64,000 bases of DNA, from NCBI RefSeq assembly GCF_009914755.1, contig NC_060925.1; one strand, written 5' to 3'. Every line of letters begins with the position of its first letter. Position 1 is the first letter of the stretch. The notes beneath the pieces are model-generated. The model did no database searches, was not told where the DNA came from, and saw only the letters and a program-made list of their open reading frames with translations. Shown here piece after piece: positions 1 through 12,994 of the stretch. Source of the DNA: the human T2T-CHM13v2.0 reference genome, Homo sapiens. A program made the translations under genes and the position numbers.

Positions 1-1294
1 TCGAAAGACAGAGACCATGTCTCATTCATGCCTTTACCCCCGAGTGCCTGATAATATTTCTGTCATACAGGACAACTTTAGCGTGTTTGCTGAATGACTG
101 GATGGATTTTATAGGCACTTACTGATTTACAAAGTACTTCCACATCTTTCATCTTATTTGATTTTCCAAAAAGCCCTGGAACACAAAGGAAAGCTGATAT
201 CATTATCCACATTGCACAGATCATGATGAGCAGGTCATACCCAGGCTGCTGTTGTTTTCTTTCTTTTAAGAATTATAATGGATTCTTACTCCCTCCTGAA
301 ATAGATCCCAGCTGAATTCTACAAACTGCTGTTGGCCCTGCCACACAAGTCTGCTTGAAAGCTAATATAGACACTGTTTTATTATTGTCTTTCATATCTT
401 ATGAAATACATCAAAATGTGAAAAACTCTGTGATAATTAGACCAAAAAAAGCTGAAGCTGAACCATTCAACCTAGAGCTGTAATGTGGGGTGATTGTTAC
501 ATTTCTATTCTTTCCTTTTCTCACCTCCTTTTGGTCTCCATTGTCTATAGGATGGAGTATTCATCTTCCTCCACAAAAAGAATCTGCTTCTTACAGAATA
601 GAGTTGCCAGGACTGTGGGAGCCTTGTTCTCTGTGTTAACCCGTCCTGTCATGTTTGACAGCACACAGCTTCTCCTGAATGGCCTCCACCCAGTTTCTCA
701 TCTAGTGTGCTGAGGGCCTATCCCAAGAAGTGAAGCCTGGTAATAACACTCTCTTACACCAGGACTCCCCCCAAAACTACTGTACCTTGTGTTTATCCTT
801 CTTCTTCAGGGTGTCCAAAATCTATATCCTATCTACCTTGGCAGCCTCATCTTTCAAATTTCCTATGTGCCCTGCCTTCTACCAGACTCAAATAGTCAGC
901 GATTCCCTAAACAACTTATTTGTGTTTCCTCATGTTATCCCTGATCCATCACCAAGGATGAAGCCTTCATTTTAAAAAACGCTCCCTATCCTTCAAGGGC
1001 TTTCCTTTGAAACCTCCTTTGGTTACCTTCAGCAAGTCATTCAACACATATTCAGTAAGAAACTCCTTTGTACCCAAAAACCCCTATCTGGAGGAGCTTA
1101 ATATCTATTGAGCAAAAAAGACTCGTTAGAAAAACCCAACACAATGGCTGTCATGGTGTTGGGTCAGCCACTGAAGGGAGTACAGTAGAGTCCATCCCGA
1201 CCCTCACTGAGACTACAATCTAGGCAGAATGTGAGGAGCAGAAAAATGCACCACCAGATCACCAGGCTTGAAACAGACAGGAGTCCTGTGTCAT

Positions 1295-1620
1295 GCAGTT
1301 CTTCATTCATTCATTCATTCATTCATTCATTCATTAGCAATGTGCTAGGAATACAGAAAGGAATGTGGTGTGGTTTCTGCTCTCAAGACTTTACAACCTG
1401 GCAGGAAAAACAGAGATATATATATACAGGGCTCTGCCACAGGTAAGAAGCACCTGTACCAAGTACCAGGAGACTAAAGGAGGGTGACTGGCTCTGCCTA
1501 GTAGAGTCCAGAATGCTCCAGAAAAGGGGAGTAATTGTCAGAGCTCTGAAAGAGAGTAGGAGTTTGCCAGGTAGAGAAGAAGAAAAGGGAATGGAAGGAG
1601 AGGAGAGAGAAGGAAAGCGT
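1295..1620 (-). mobile_element. L2 3' end fragment with (TTCA)n tail
   Basis: (TTCA)n at 1302-1334 followed by L2-like AATGTGCTAGG...CTCTCAAG...GAAAGAGAGTAGGAGTTTGCCAGG. Confidence 0.6.
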
Positions 1621-1639
1621 TGGTGGGGAAAAAGAACAC

Positions 1640-2510
1640 TGTATCAGTCAGATGCCAGAGAAAATATCCCAGTTACTTTGGAATAGAGATTTCAATGGAC
1701 AAAAGTGTTAAGGTATAAAATTATTAGCTAAGTAACTGAGAGATTAAAAGGAATTCTAAGGCATCATGAAAGTAGCAATTGCAAGAAGCAGCTACTACCC
1801 CTATAAGGAAAGGACAAGGGAAGAAACCTAGAGACTTAGAGGAGAAAACCCATTGGCAGGTGGTGGTGTTAAAATCAGATCTCCAAAAAAGGGCACTACT
1901 CAGCCAAGGGCTGGTGTCTCAGCTCAGAAGAGGGCCTCAGGGCCGGCCCAGACCTCTGAGGATGTCAGCTGGTACTAATGTTACCTAACTGAGGTGTGAC
2001 AAAGCTGTCTGCAGGTGTTGGAAAAATGCAGCCTGGATTCAGCTGCTGCCAAGGGAAGGAATTGCAGCTGCCAAAGTGAAGAAGTATGTCTATACCTAGA
2101 CTCTAGGTCAGTGGTTCTAAACCAGGGGTGATTTTGCCCTCCAGGGAACATCTGGCAATGTCTGAAGACAGTCTTAATTGTCACAATTAGGGGATTGGTA
2201 CTACAATTTAGGACAGGGTGCTGCTGAACATCCTATAACACACGAGACCCCATCCCCCAACAAAGAATGACTCAGTCCAAAGTGCCAAAGTGGAGAAACC
2301 TATTCTAAGTTAACACTGTGAAAAACGGGAAGCAAACCAGGAGCAAGTCCTGCCTGGCCCCATCCAGCCTTGGAGTCTCCCTCTAGCACCCCCTATTGGC
2401 AGAGCCTAAGAGGGAGCCAGTGGACAAAACAGAAATAAAAATTTCATCACAAAGTTAAGAACAAAAGGATAGGGTTGTAGCTAAGTGCCAATAACTTAGT
2501 AACCGGCACA
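1640..2510 (-). mobile_element. Ancient solo LTR (LTR41-like, ERVL) interrupted by MER20
   Basis: TG...CA ends (TGTATCAGTC...AACCGGCACA). Minus strand reads TAGGCTCTGCCAATAGGGGGTGCTAGAGGGAGAC, as I recall for LTR41. Confidence 0.6.
2109..2302. mobile_element. MER20 (hAT-Charlie) DNA transposon, copy 1
   Basis: CAGTGGTTCT-AACCAGGGGTGATTTTGCCC..GGGAACATCTGGCAATGTCTGAAGACA...GAGAAACCT. Confidence 0.85.
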
Positions 2511-3349
2511 AACATTGCAGGTCCGGCTATCAGAGCAAGCAATGACATGACCGTAGATACAGGAATGGCATTTGAGAGAAAGACTCAGTAGCCAGGAGTG
2601 CGTGAAGCAATGCCTGGCACGTTGCAGGTGATGAGCAGAGAGTGAAATTTAGCAGGCACGTATTCAATAAATGACTTCATGATGAAAGATTTCCAAGCAA
2701 TACTGCTTCCAAACTAACACTCCTGGTGGTATTTAAAATTCTTCAATTTGAGAATGAATACAATGCCTCCCAATAGTGAAATCTCTTCTGTTCATGAATG
2801 TGGCATTTTGCTTTCTGCCTGTCTGTTGTCTTATGAGGAAGAGAGTACTTTCTGAAGTCTGGTTTTCTGACTTTGTTAAAAGTGCAAGTCTTTTTGTTTC
2901 ATAATTATTTTTTACACAAATGAGATCACAACACTATTTCACTCATCAACAGTGTTTTGGAGATTTTTGCATAATACTAACAAAGATTTATTTAGTGCTA
3001 TTTATGCCTTACAATATACTTTCCCACTCTTATCTCACTTTATCTAGCACTTGCTTCTCCATTTTTGAATGAGAAAATTGAGGCTCAAATGAGATGAAGT
3101 GATTGGGTCCTAAGCAGTGCCTTAAGTGGAGAAGTGAAACCAGATGCCTCAGAGGTAGCAAAAAAAGTAGCTTCTCAGTTGCCTTGAGGTGGCTGACATT
3201 GCTGTGTATCTTAGCGCTTCCCAACCTGGGCATGTTTCAAGTGTAGCTAGTTTCTTATGGCATGCTAAGCCCTTAACTTTTTCCTCCTACACCCTCTATT
3301 TCCACTCACTTGTAGACTCAATGGAGCAATTCAGGGTGTTTTTTGTTCC

Positions 3350-3740
3350 ACAAGGAACCACAGTCCAGTGAGAAAGACAGAAGAGTTAATGCACAATTTC
3401 AGTACAAAGTGCTAAGAACAGAGTGGACTCTGGGTGCATGGTATCATACAGACAGGGCAGGGTACCTAGTCCTGAGAGGTCAAGGAAGCTTTTTTGTGTA
3501 AGGCAAGATCTGAAAGACAGGGAAGAAGTAGGTGAAGGAGAAGGCAGGCTGCACAGAAGGGAACAACATGTGCAAAGTGCGGAGGAAAGGAAGAACACAA
3601 TGTATCAAAGGTCCACAGGTTGATTGTGGAAGGAGTTTAGACTGAGAGGAAAATCATGCTGCACAAGGAGACTGAAGTGATAAGTAGGAATCAGAACAAC
3701 AAGGGGTTGCAAGCTAAGAGAAGGAATTTCAACTTTATAA
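3350..3740 (-). mobile_element. L2 fragment
   Basis: Degenerate L2 motifs (CACAGTCCAGTG, GGTCAAGGAAGCTT, GGGAACAACATGTGCAAAG). Confidence 0.5.
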
Positions 3741-5959
3741 TGGTACTAGCTAATTACAAGAGCACAGCCATTTATCTTCTTTGAGTTTCAGTCTCCACAT
3801 GTGTAAAATGGTAGTAACAGCATCTGGTCTGCCTACCGAACGGGATCTGAGTTATTCAAATAAAACACACATACACAGAGTCACATGGTGATTTGCTTAG
3901 GAAGCTGTCACACATTATCACTAAAGCATCCCACGTCACCTGCAGAAAATAGAAGCAAAAGCCTTCCCTTTCCTCCCATTTCCCTCAACCCCTGTGAAGG
4001 AAAAAGCCCCCTCTGGAAAAGAAAGACTCTCCTTAGTCCTTTGCCAAAGCTTTTTCAAGCAATAATCCATAATGCAATCTTCATTGAAATTGTATTTCAG
4101 CCCCCCTCTGCTGAAAATATGAATACATGTGACTGTAGCCTCAGAATGGCCTTTGTGCCTTCCTGCCCCTGGTGTGTGCCTTCCTAAGCGGCTGCCCTCA
4201 TTGTGGGCACCAGCCTGTGTGATAACATTATAATTTTGTGTACATTGTGCTCTCAGAGGCCATGCTGAGGCCAGCGTGAGGAAATGGTAATTGACAGCAG
4301 GCCCAGGCTTCTTTGTGAAGATCTGTGGCTTCCTCATCTGTGAGTTTACTGAGTTCCAGTCACTGGATTTGGGTGGCTGGTCCCAAGAGGCATGGGAACA
4401 GGCACCACGATGCCTTGTTTAAGTGCTTTGTAGAAAAGGAGACAGCTTGAAAATGAGGGTGTTCTAGGCATAGAGAATGACTTGTGGTGGAGGGCAGTGA
4501 TCGATTCAGAGCTTAATTATCTGGACCAGGTAAACACTGAGTTGCTGGAATCCAGAACCAAATCTGACAGGGCCTTAGAAATCACCAGGGGAGATGATCT
4601 GTATCATCTTTTTAGTCCATGATCCTTCTACTTCATTGCAACTATTCTCTACCCAAATAATTTTTATACTGCTAATGAACAACTCTACAAACATTTGAGA
4701 ATATTTATTAAATGCCTATTATGAGCTAACACTTATGGGCACTGGGAACACAGTGATGAACAAGGAACAAATTTATAGTACATGGGACTTAATGCACTGG
4801 GTAGGAATCAATTGCACAATTACTGCAAATGCTGATCTTTCCTGATTAAGGAAAGTTACTTAGGGAAAACAGCCCACAAGGGGTTAAATGAAAAGCTATA
4901 TTCTGCCTGTCCTAGTGACTCTAATGCCAGTATTCAAAAAGGTTCACCCACCTTCCCTTTTTTCCTTTACTTATTCTCTTCATTTGCATGGAGAAAGGAA
5001 GACCAAAGCCTCTTACAAATTACCTTATGCACTGAGCCACAGACCCAAACAGAGCTCAGATTATCTATTTAATTCTCCAGCCTGCAAGGGGGCATTTACC
5101 CATTGTCTATGTCTTATCCAAATGTAATGGATTAGTTCAGAGCCCAGGGGGGAAAGGCATGAATACTGTGTTTAGAAGGAAAGCTATACAGAGCAGAGAT
5201 AAATTCAAAGGATGATTTTACAAAAGAGAAAAGTTGGGGTGAGTTTTTGGGAAAACCCCTGTGAGCCTAGGTATCAGTCCTGGCTTGTTCAAAGCTAAAA
5301 CTCTCGGTCCACATCCAGGATGGTCCCCCACCCTCTACCAAAGGCTGCTCTATCTCCAATCTCACACCCCAGACAAGGGGTCATCCATCACCAGGGGAAG
5401 AAGGTGAGACTCGAAGGTGGGAGTACAGCAAGTCAGACTACACACACTGGAGAGAAAAATCTACTGCAGCTCGCGTTTCCTTAGAAACCCCCACAAGCTG
5501 AGAATGGGAAAGTAGCCACACAGTCAGACAGAGGTCTGTCTGATTCCTTCATCAAAGATCATACCCCGGAAGGAGGAGGAAGACATCGTTAAGCAGCTTA
5601 ATCTTTCAGGCAAGGCCTGGAGAAAGCAGCCTCCTGCAGAGCCAGAAAGATGCAGGTCTGGATCCCAAAGCAAATGCAGGCACAGGCAAGGCAAGGAGAG
5701 TCGAATCTACACACATACACATGCACACAAGCACGCACGGGTGAGAAACCCTAATGATTAAGCAGGGGAGAGGAAATATTCTGATAGAATATTCAAATGA
5801 AAGGCGAGTTCCCATAGAGACCCCTTTGTGAATAACCACACAATAATCACATGACCTTCAAAATAGAACTGGAGACAAATCTGATTTCGTCTAATTCTGA
5901 AAGCATGTCAAGCTCTTGCCCTTGCTAGTGAGCTCAAGCTCTGGAACCCAAACTGAACA

Positions 5960-6110
5960 AGAATTCTGTCTTCAACATTTAATAGCTCTGTGACTTGAGG
6001 CAAATTACTTAACTTCTCTGAGCCTTATTTATGAAAGGAAAAGTCCCTACCTTAGTGTTAAGAATTAAGTGAGATAATACATGTACAGCATGTAGGACAG
6101 TGTCTGGCTC
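5960..6110 (+). mobile_element. MIR
   Basis: Core sequence TGTGACTTGAGGCAAATTACTTAACTTCTCTGAGCCT. Confidence 0.7.
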
Positions 6111-6164
6111 CCTCTAAAGACTCATTCAAGTCAACAGATAAGAAGGAACTGCAATCCAGGTTCA

Positions 6165-6440
6165 ACATAGAATGAATCCCATCGAGTTTATCCATTTCCA
6201 CAGACTGAAAGAAGCTAGAGGCAAAAAGAACATACTATGTTATTCCTATATATGAGGCCCAAGAACAGGCAAAACAAATTGATGGTCAGAATTGTGGATG
6301 TCTCTGGAAGTACAAACTGAGAGGGACATGAGTGAAATTGCTTGGGTGCTGGAGCTATTCTATATGTTGATATGGTGGTTATATGAGTGCATGCATATGT
6401 AAAATCTCTCCACGCTGTACACTCAACATTACTGCAATGT
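6165..6440 (+). mobile_element. Old L1 (L1M) 3' UTR fragment
   Basis: CAAAAAGAACATACTATGTTATTCC..CAGGCAAAAC..CTATATGTTGAT..GCTGTACACT. Confidence 0.6.
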
Positions 6441-8009
6441 AACAGAGCCTATGGATCATCAGTCTTCTCATTGGTCATCACCATCTGTGACAGCAGCTGC
6501 AGGAAGTGAGAACTGGGTTGCACCCAAGGTACGTGGCGGCTGATGCTTTCTGCAAGACATTATATGTAAAGGTTGATTATTAGAACCCTGATTCTTTCCA
6601 GCAAGACACAGGTTAACTCACTGTGAGTTTAGCAGAAAAGGCATGCATATCCCCATTGCTCAGCTGAGGACACTAAGGTTCAGGGTACCAAGGTCAGTTG
6701 TCCATGAACACAGCTGGTGAAGTTAGAGTTAAGGAGAGAAGGCAAGTCTCCATGCTCCACTATATTTCAATCTGTTTAGAGAATTCCCTTCTATCTACTA
6801 GAGACAAATTCCCTAGTCCTGAAGGAGGAAATAAAAGAAGATACCTTTTTTTTTTCTTAAAGAGTTCTTCCAAAGAGAAAAAGGCATTTCAAATACAAAT
6901 GAACAAAAGTAAGCTATATTGCCACCTGCAGCCTCTGTGAGACCTAATGGCAGGTAGGAACAAGAGGGTCTGTGGTTTGAGGTAGAATCAGGGTCACTGT
7001 TCCCACTACCCTAGGCAGGTGCAGTTGCAGGTAGGCCAGGGGGTAAGGAGGGGTGGTAAGAGCTGTCACCCAGTCTGTCTGTCTCTGAATGGCTCTGGGA
7101 ACTTCTCCTGGAGGGGAACGGTCTCAGTTCTATCAGAGAGTTTCAGCAGGTTTAAGAGCAGAGCAGAGTAGTTCCCTGTTACCGCAGGCTGCTCTGGATA
7201 AGGAAACAAACATTTTGGGGCCTCCTATCATGTACCTGGCATAGTTAGAGGAGCTGAGGATAGAGTAATGCCACTCAAGAAAAGCAAATCCTGTACAGAG
7301 GGCAATTAGGGAAAGCCTCTTCATGAAACTGATATTCAAAAGGCAACCTTTCATAGCATGAACTTGGGCTGAGTTGCAATTCCTATGGGGAACAGCCAGA
7401 TACACACGGGCTGGGCCTCACCAGAACAAGTTTCCCTCCAACGATCTCAAACTACATCACTGAAAATCAGTCATGCTCTTACAATCCAAGTACAGCATTT
7501 GCTCTTAAATTCAAACCAATAGGCTACAAAAAAAAGTTGTATCACTTTGTTATAACATGGGTCCTACAGGCTTTAAATAATTTTGGGTACAATTTTGGGT
7601 ACAGTTACCAGACTCAAGGAAAAAGCCTCTTTACAATAAAGCATGTGTTTGGAATACTGGGCCCCAAGACTCCTACCAATACCAATCCAGTGCTTCTTCT
7701 GCTATGTCACTAATATATGTTGAAGAATGGGAAGCAAATTAACAAGGCAGCTCCTGCCTTGAAAAAAATGCAGTCTAGTAGGTGGGCTAGTCACATGCAC
7801 AACTAACCACAGTAGAAGGTAGGAAGTGCTGTAGTTGTACTGTATTACAGTTCTAAGCTGATGCAACGTAAGGAATACATAAGGGTCCATTGCCCATCTA
7901 GAAAAGATGTTATAACCTAGGCAGGAAGATGGGACACAAGTAGAAACGACTCTCACCAGCAAAGGTAGAACCACAACACACAAGGAGTCTCAAAGAATGG
8001 AGTCTTCCC

Positions 8010-8985
8010 CTTTGTTCATTTATTTAATAACATTTACTGAATGCCAGGTATTTAATTGGCACTGTGATAAACAAGTCAAGATCCTTGCCTTAGAGAGCGC
8101 AAGTTCAATTGAGAGTAAAGCCTTATAAACAGACATTCCCAATGCATATTCATGAACACATGCATACAGTAGCCTGGGAAGTGGAATAAAACGATTTTTA
8201 TTTCTAGGACTTGGGAATGCCTTAAGATGAAGAAGAAAAGAGCTTGGGCTTTGCATTTTAGGCAACAGGAACAGGATTATTTGGAATCACAAAGGTTTGG
8301 AAGAACAAAGTGTTTTACAAAACTATATTGCAGCTGAAGCACTGGGTAAGTAATTGAGAGTAGTCGAAGACAGGCAATAACATGAGGTAACATTTAATCA
8401 GTACTTACTGAGTGCCAAATACTGTTCTGTGATTAAACATATATGTATATGTATATATTTAAAAGATATAGATACATGTTTTAAAGACATATATGTATAT
8501 ATATAATTTCTCAGTAATCATACAAGTAAATACTGTCATCATGCCCATTTCACAGAAAAGAAAACTGAGGTTCACTAACTTGTTCAAGGCCATTCAGTTA
8601 GTAAGTAGTAAAACTTGGCTATGAACTCCAGAATTCATTCCTTAACTACTGCATTGTCACCAAGAGCCTGGTTCAAGACTATTGACTTTATTACTTCTCG
8701 ATGGAGACCCATTTAAGGCTTTTAAGCTAGGGAATGACATAGTCAGATTTACATTTTAGAAAGATTAGGCTGGCTGCAATATAAAGAATGGGATTTGAGG
8801 GGTACAAAAGCAACAACATGATAACCAATTAGGAGGCTTTGCAATGGTCCAGGGAAGAGAAGGGAGGAGGTAACAATAGGTACAGAGGGGCTGAGACAGG
8901 TTATTTAGGGGGAAGAGGTAACAATGTTCGGTGATAGATAGGATGTAGGGCATGAAAGAGAGGGAGGTATAAAGGATGATTCTTC
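8010..8985 (-). mobile_element. L2 interrupted by MIR (about 8370-8655)
   Basis: TTCATTTATTTAATAACATTTACTGAATGCC start and GGAGGCTTTGCAATGGTCCAGG are L2-like. MIR core CCCATTTCACAGAAAAGAAAACTGAGG lies within. Confidence 0.6.
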
Positions 8986-9643
8986 AAAGTGCAGAATCAG
9001 CCTTGACAGGCAGATCTTGCCCTTAAAGTAACGGGAAAAGAGGATATTCTTATCATGCCAAAGGACAGTGCTATACGAGACTGACAACGATCCTGTCAAA
9101 CCTCTGCACCCAGGTATATGAATTCAGAAGGCTGATCCAAATAATAGCTATTCTTAAGTCTCTGTCAGCCCACAGCAACCTTGTTTTCTTTTTTTTCTCT
9201 ATTCTTTTTTTCCTTCTGTTACTCATTTCCTCCCCACCTTCCTTTCTGCCTTTCTTTTTCTTTTAAATAAGTATAATTACATCAGTTTTCATTGTAAAAT
9301 AACCTGTGCACATACAGAAAATTCAAGCAATTCAGAAAAACGCAAAGAGACTAGAAGTTTCCTAAAATCCCACCTCCTTGAACACCTTAGCGAAGGTCTT
9401 TCCAGGCATTCATAATTGCACAGCATACACAAACACATTCACAAACACTCACACTGAAACTCTACTTTTTTATTTTGGAAACCTGTTTTATTTTTCAATT
9501 ATTCTGTTACAGAAATCTTTTAAAGTCAATGAATATGGATGTAAGTCATCTTATTTAGTGGCTAGGTGGTATACATTGTATGTATACATTATAATAAGGA
9601 ATATGTGTACATTGCCTGTATACATTATAGTCTATTACAAAAA

Positions 9644-10224
9644 TGGATTCAGCTGCTGCCAAGGGAAGGAATTGCAGCTGCCAAAGTGAAGAAGTATGTC
9701 TATACCTAGACTCTAGGTCAGTGGTTCTAAACCAGGGGCGATTTTGCCCTCCAGGGAACATTTGGCAATGTCTGAAGACAGTCTTAATTGTCACAACTGA
9801 GGGATTGGTACTACAATTTAGTAGGTAGAGGACAGGGTGCTGCTAAACATCCTACAACACACGAGACACCATCCCCCAAGAAAGAATGACTCAGTCCAAA
9901 ATGCCAAAGTGGAGAAACCTATTCTAAGTTAGCCCTGCGAAAACCGGGAAGCAAACCAGGAGCAAGTCCTGCCTGGCCCTATCCAGTCATGGAGTCTCCC
10001 TCTAGCACCCTCTACTGGCAGAGCCTAAGAGGGAGCCAGTGGACAAAGATAAAAATTTCATCACGAAGTTAAGAACAAAAGGATAGCGTTGTAACTAAGT
10101 GCCAATAACTTAGTAACTGGCACAAACATTGCAGGTCCGGTTCTCAGAGCAAGCAATGACATGACGGTAGATATGGGAATGACATTTGAGAGAAAGACTC
10201 AGTAGCCAGGAGTGCGTGAAGCAA
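9644..10224 (+). repeat. Direct duplicate of 2034-2610
   Basis: Colinear from TGGATTCAGCTGCTGCC to GAGTGCGTGAAGCAA; about 95% identical by hand count. Confidence 0.97.
9719..9922. mobile_element. MER20, copy 2 (part of the local duplication)
   Basis: Same element with the same flanks as 2109-2302. Confidence 0.85.
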
Positions 10225-10229
10225 AGCAA

Positions 10230-11020
10230 AACCTATTACAAGTTCCAGGAATAGCCAAGTGAAGAGATAGACAAATCCTCTCTCTCCACAACATCTATAA
10301 AGCTGGACAAAATTAGCAAAATCAACCATCCCAGAGTTGGAAGTTGAACAACAGCATATAACGACCTGAGAAACATTTATGTTTGAAAATCTGCTGAACT
10401 TTGGGTCAGAACAGGGGGAATCTGGTGCCTGCTTGCCTGGGACTGAACTCCTTCCCAATCCATATGGAAGCTCGAAGAGGGCAGGATGAGCCTAAAGACC
10501 ACAACTTTTCTGCCAGGTAAATGTGGACTCACCAGGCTCAAAAAGGTGGGAGATGCCCATGCTCAAGTGTATTTTCAGCAGAAGTGATGACCCAAGGCAG
10601 CCAGCAGTGAGGGTCAATAACTCCACTGGTCTGACAGAGACGTATTCCTGCCTGAGGCTGCTCATCTGGCATAAGCTGTTCACACACTCCTGGCTGATCT
10701 TGAGGCTGAGAACATGCACATAGCTCACAAGAAAAAGCACAGTGTAAATTCAAAGCCAGAACAGCTTTGAAAAATACCCAAACTTTTAATATGCTTTTCT
10801 ACCCACACATAGTTCCAAGAAAGTCTTACTAGCTTGAAGTATTTGAACACAACCTCTGTCCACTCTGACTGCTGAGCTATGCAAACACGTGGCAACCCTT
10901 AGGCTTAAAAATAAAAACATGAGTGAAAAAAGCAAAACTAAGTGGAGACATCATCAGCCATGCACTGTGTGGGGAGGGTAATGAATTTCACAGATTTAGC
11001 CCATGAAAGCTACTAAACAA
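10230..11020 (+). mobile_element. Old L1M 5' region fragment
   Basis: AAAGCTGGACAAAATT..AAAATCAACCAT motif. Segment 10900-11020 resembles the reverse complement of the L1 5' region at 29820-29937. Confidence 0.6.
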
Positions 11021-11764
11021 CTCAAGAGAGCTCAGCTTAAAAAAAAAAAAAAAAAAAAAGATGAGTGATCAAAGGTCAGAAGAGCTCCTTTTCTAAATTC
11101 CAAATCTCATATTCACTTTTAAGGCTTTACATCACATCTCCAAGCAATAGTGGATACAGATAACTTTATTTCCACTTAAGTTCTCTATTTTGCAAAGTTG
11201 GCTTGGGAGATACTGAAATCAGTGGTGAGTATGTGTCAGCAAAGAACATATCAAAATAGCTGATGGTATTTCTTCAAAAACATCTCTCTGATCTGAAGTA
11301 TAGATGAGCACATCCACTCAGAACAGGCATTTAATGCAAAGGCTTTTCCAGTCGGCTCTGATTTTTCAAAGCCCTTCTGAGTTTTATAGCTTATAATAGC
11401 ATCCTTTTTTAAAAAATGAAATCTGAACAATTATTAAAATGTAGCATGCCAATGAAGGAAAAATTGATGTGATTCTCATGCACACATGATAACACATTAC
11501 GAAATGCTACCAGTGAGATGAGTGTTGGGACAACCAGGATGTGGCTGCAGCCTTAGGCCTGGACACTACCTCCAGTTCTCTAACACAATAGAATAAAACA
11601 AAAAGGAAGAGTCCTCAATAATAAGCTATCCCACCCTTTATTAAATGCAAGAATCCCCTCCACTATATCCTCATGAGCTCCTTTCAGCATCTGCTTAACA
11701 TATATAATGAATACAGAAGATTACTTTAGAATAGGGGTTAGGTCTGGGGTTATATCTATTTGGT

Positions 11765-11990
11765 AGATGTATTTCATTTGGCTAACATTTAAAAAAATGT
11801 TAGCAATATTTTAAAATTAGGAAATGTCACACAAAAACTTGATTTTCTAACTTTTAAAGGAAGCATAGTTCTGGCCACTCTAGGCCCCATTTCCACATGG
11901 AAACAAAATGAGACTGATTAACAAATGCTCCTTTTGAAAGGGGCCCGGACCCCCTAGCTCACCAAGGTCCTGACCACTGCCTAATGCCCA
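11765..11990. mobile_element. MER102-like hAT fossil
   Basis: CACACAAAAACTTGATTTTCT..CTGGCCACTCTAGGCCCCATTTCCACATGG; similar to 22685-22925. Confidence 0.5.
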
Positions 11991-12994
11991 TAGGACCACA
12001 TTAATCGCCACATTCACACTGTTGCTTTTTCTTGAAGTAAAGACAGACAGATGTGTCCCAGAACTCTCTCCACTGAGGGGAAGTGAAAGGCAGACTGAAC
12101 CTGCTCTGGTTTTCTACATCAAGATTACTCACCAAGTGCCTGGCCCGGAGGGATGTGAGAGTGTGACCCCACTGTGTGAGGAACCCTCAAGGACCTCCTT
12201 CCCATTAGTCACCTCTCTCCATCTGTTTGCCATATAATTCCTGCAAACCTCCCCGATTCTCTGTACATCCTTTTATCAGTCTGCAAAAGGAGGCTCTCTT
12301 CTCGGTCCTCGCTCCCTCTACCTGACAGGAATGCCTTAGAAGCCACTTGATAACATCTGCAAAAGGGCGGCGAGCTTCCCATATGTAAGTAGATACAACA
12401 GAGCATGCATGTTACCATGTTGAGTGTTATTAAAGTTGCTTATCTACCTCCAAGTGACACTCTCATATAAGTGGCTAGCAACTCATGTTCAGATAATGCT
12501 AAGCAGTATTCCAAGCCTAGACCACAGGATAGACCTATAAACCAACTAAAATTTTGTAGAGAAAATCCCAGAGTGGGCAGAGGTTTTGGGGATCAGTGAA
12601 GAATAAGAGGAAAGAGAACTCTGTTTTAACCACTGTTGTAAAGATAAGAAATGGGCAGACAGGAGGTCCTGGATCTGGAAGACTATGTTGCTGTCATTGA
12701 TTGTGGGCTTACTGTATGCTACACATCTTATGTGTGTGGCCTCATTTAATTCTTTGTAAAACTCCATGAGATAGCTGTTGTTGTTTTCAGTTCACCATGA
12801 AGAGCCTGAGCCTTAGAGAGACTAAGTAATGTTTTTAAGGACACATGGTTAGTAAGTAAGTGGAAAGACCAGGGTTCAGCTTCAGGGCCTGGATTCTTAA
12901 TTGCTATGCAATTTTGCCTCTCTGTACTTAAAGAGGAAGAGAAGAAGTCACATTTATTAATCAATGACTATACATCAAGCTAGATATGATTTTG

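Noticed and set aside
11781-11804. 10-bp hairpin GCTAACATTT/AAATGTTAGC
   Set aside because: AT-rich, lies within a decayed DNA transposon, and is compatible with chance.
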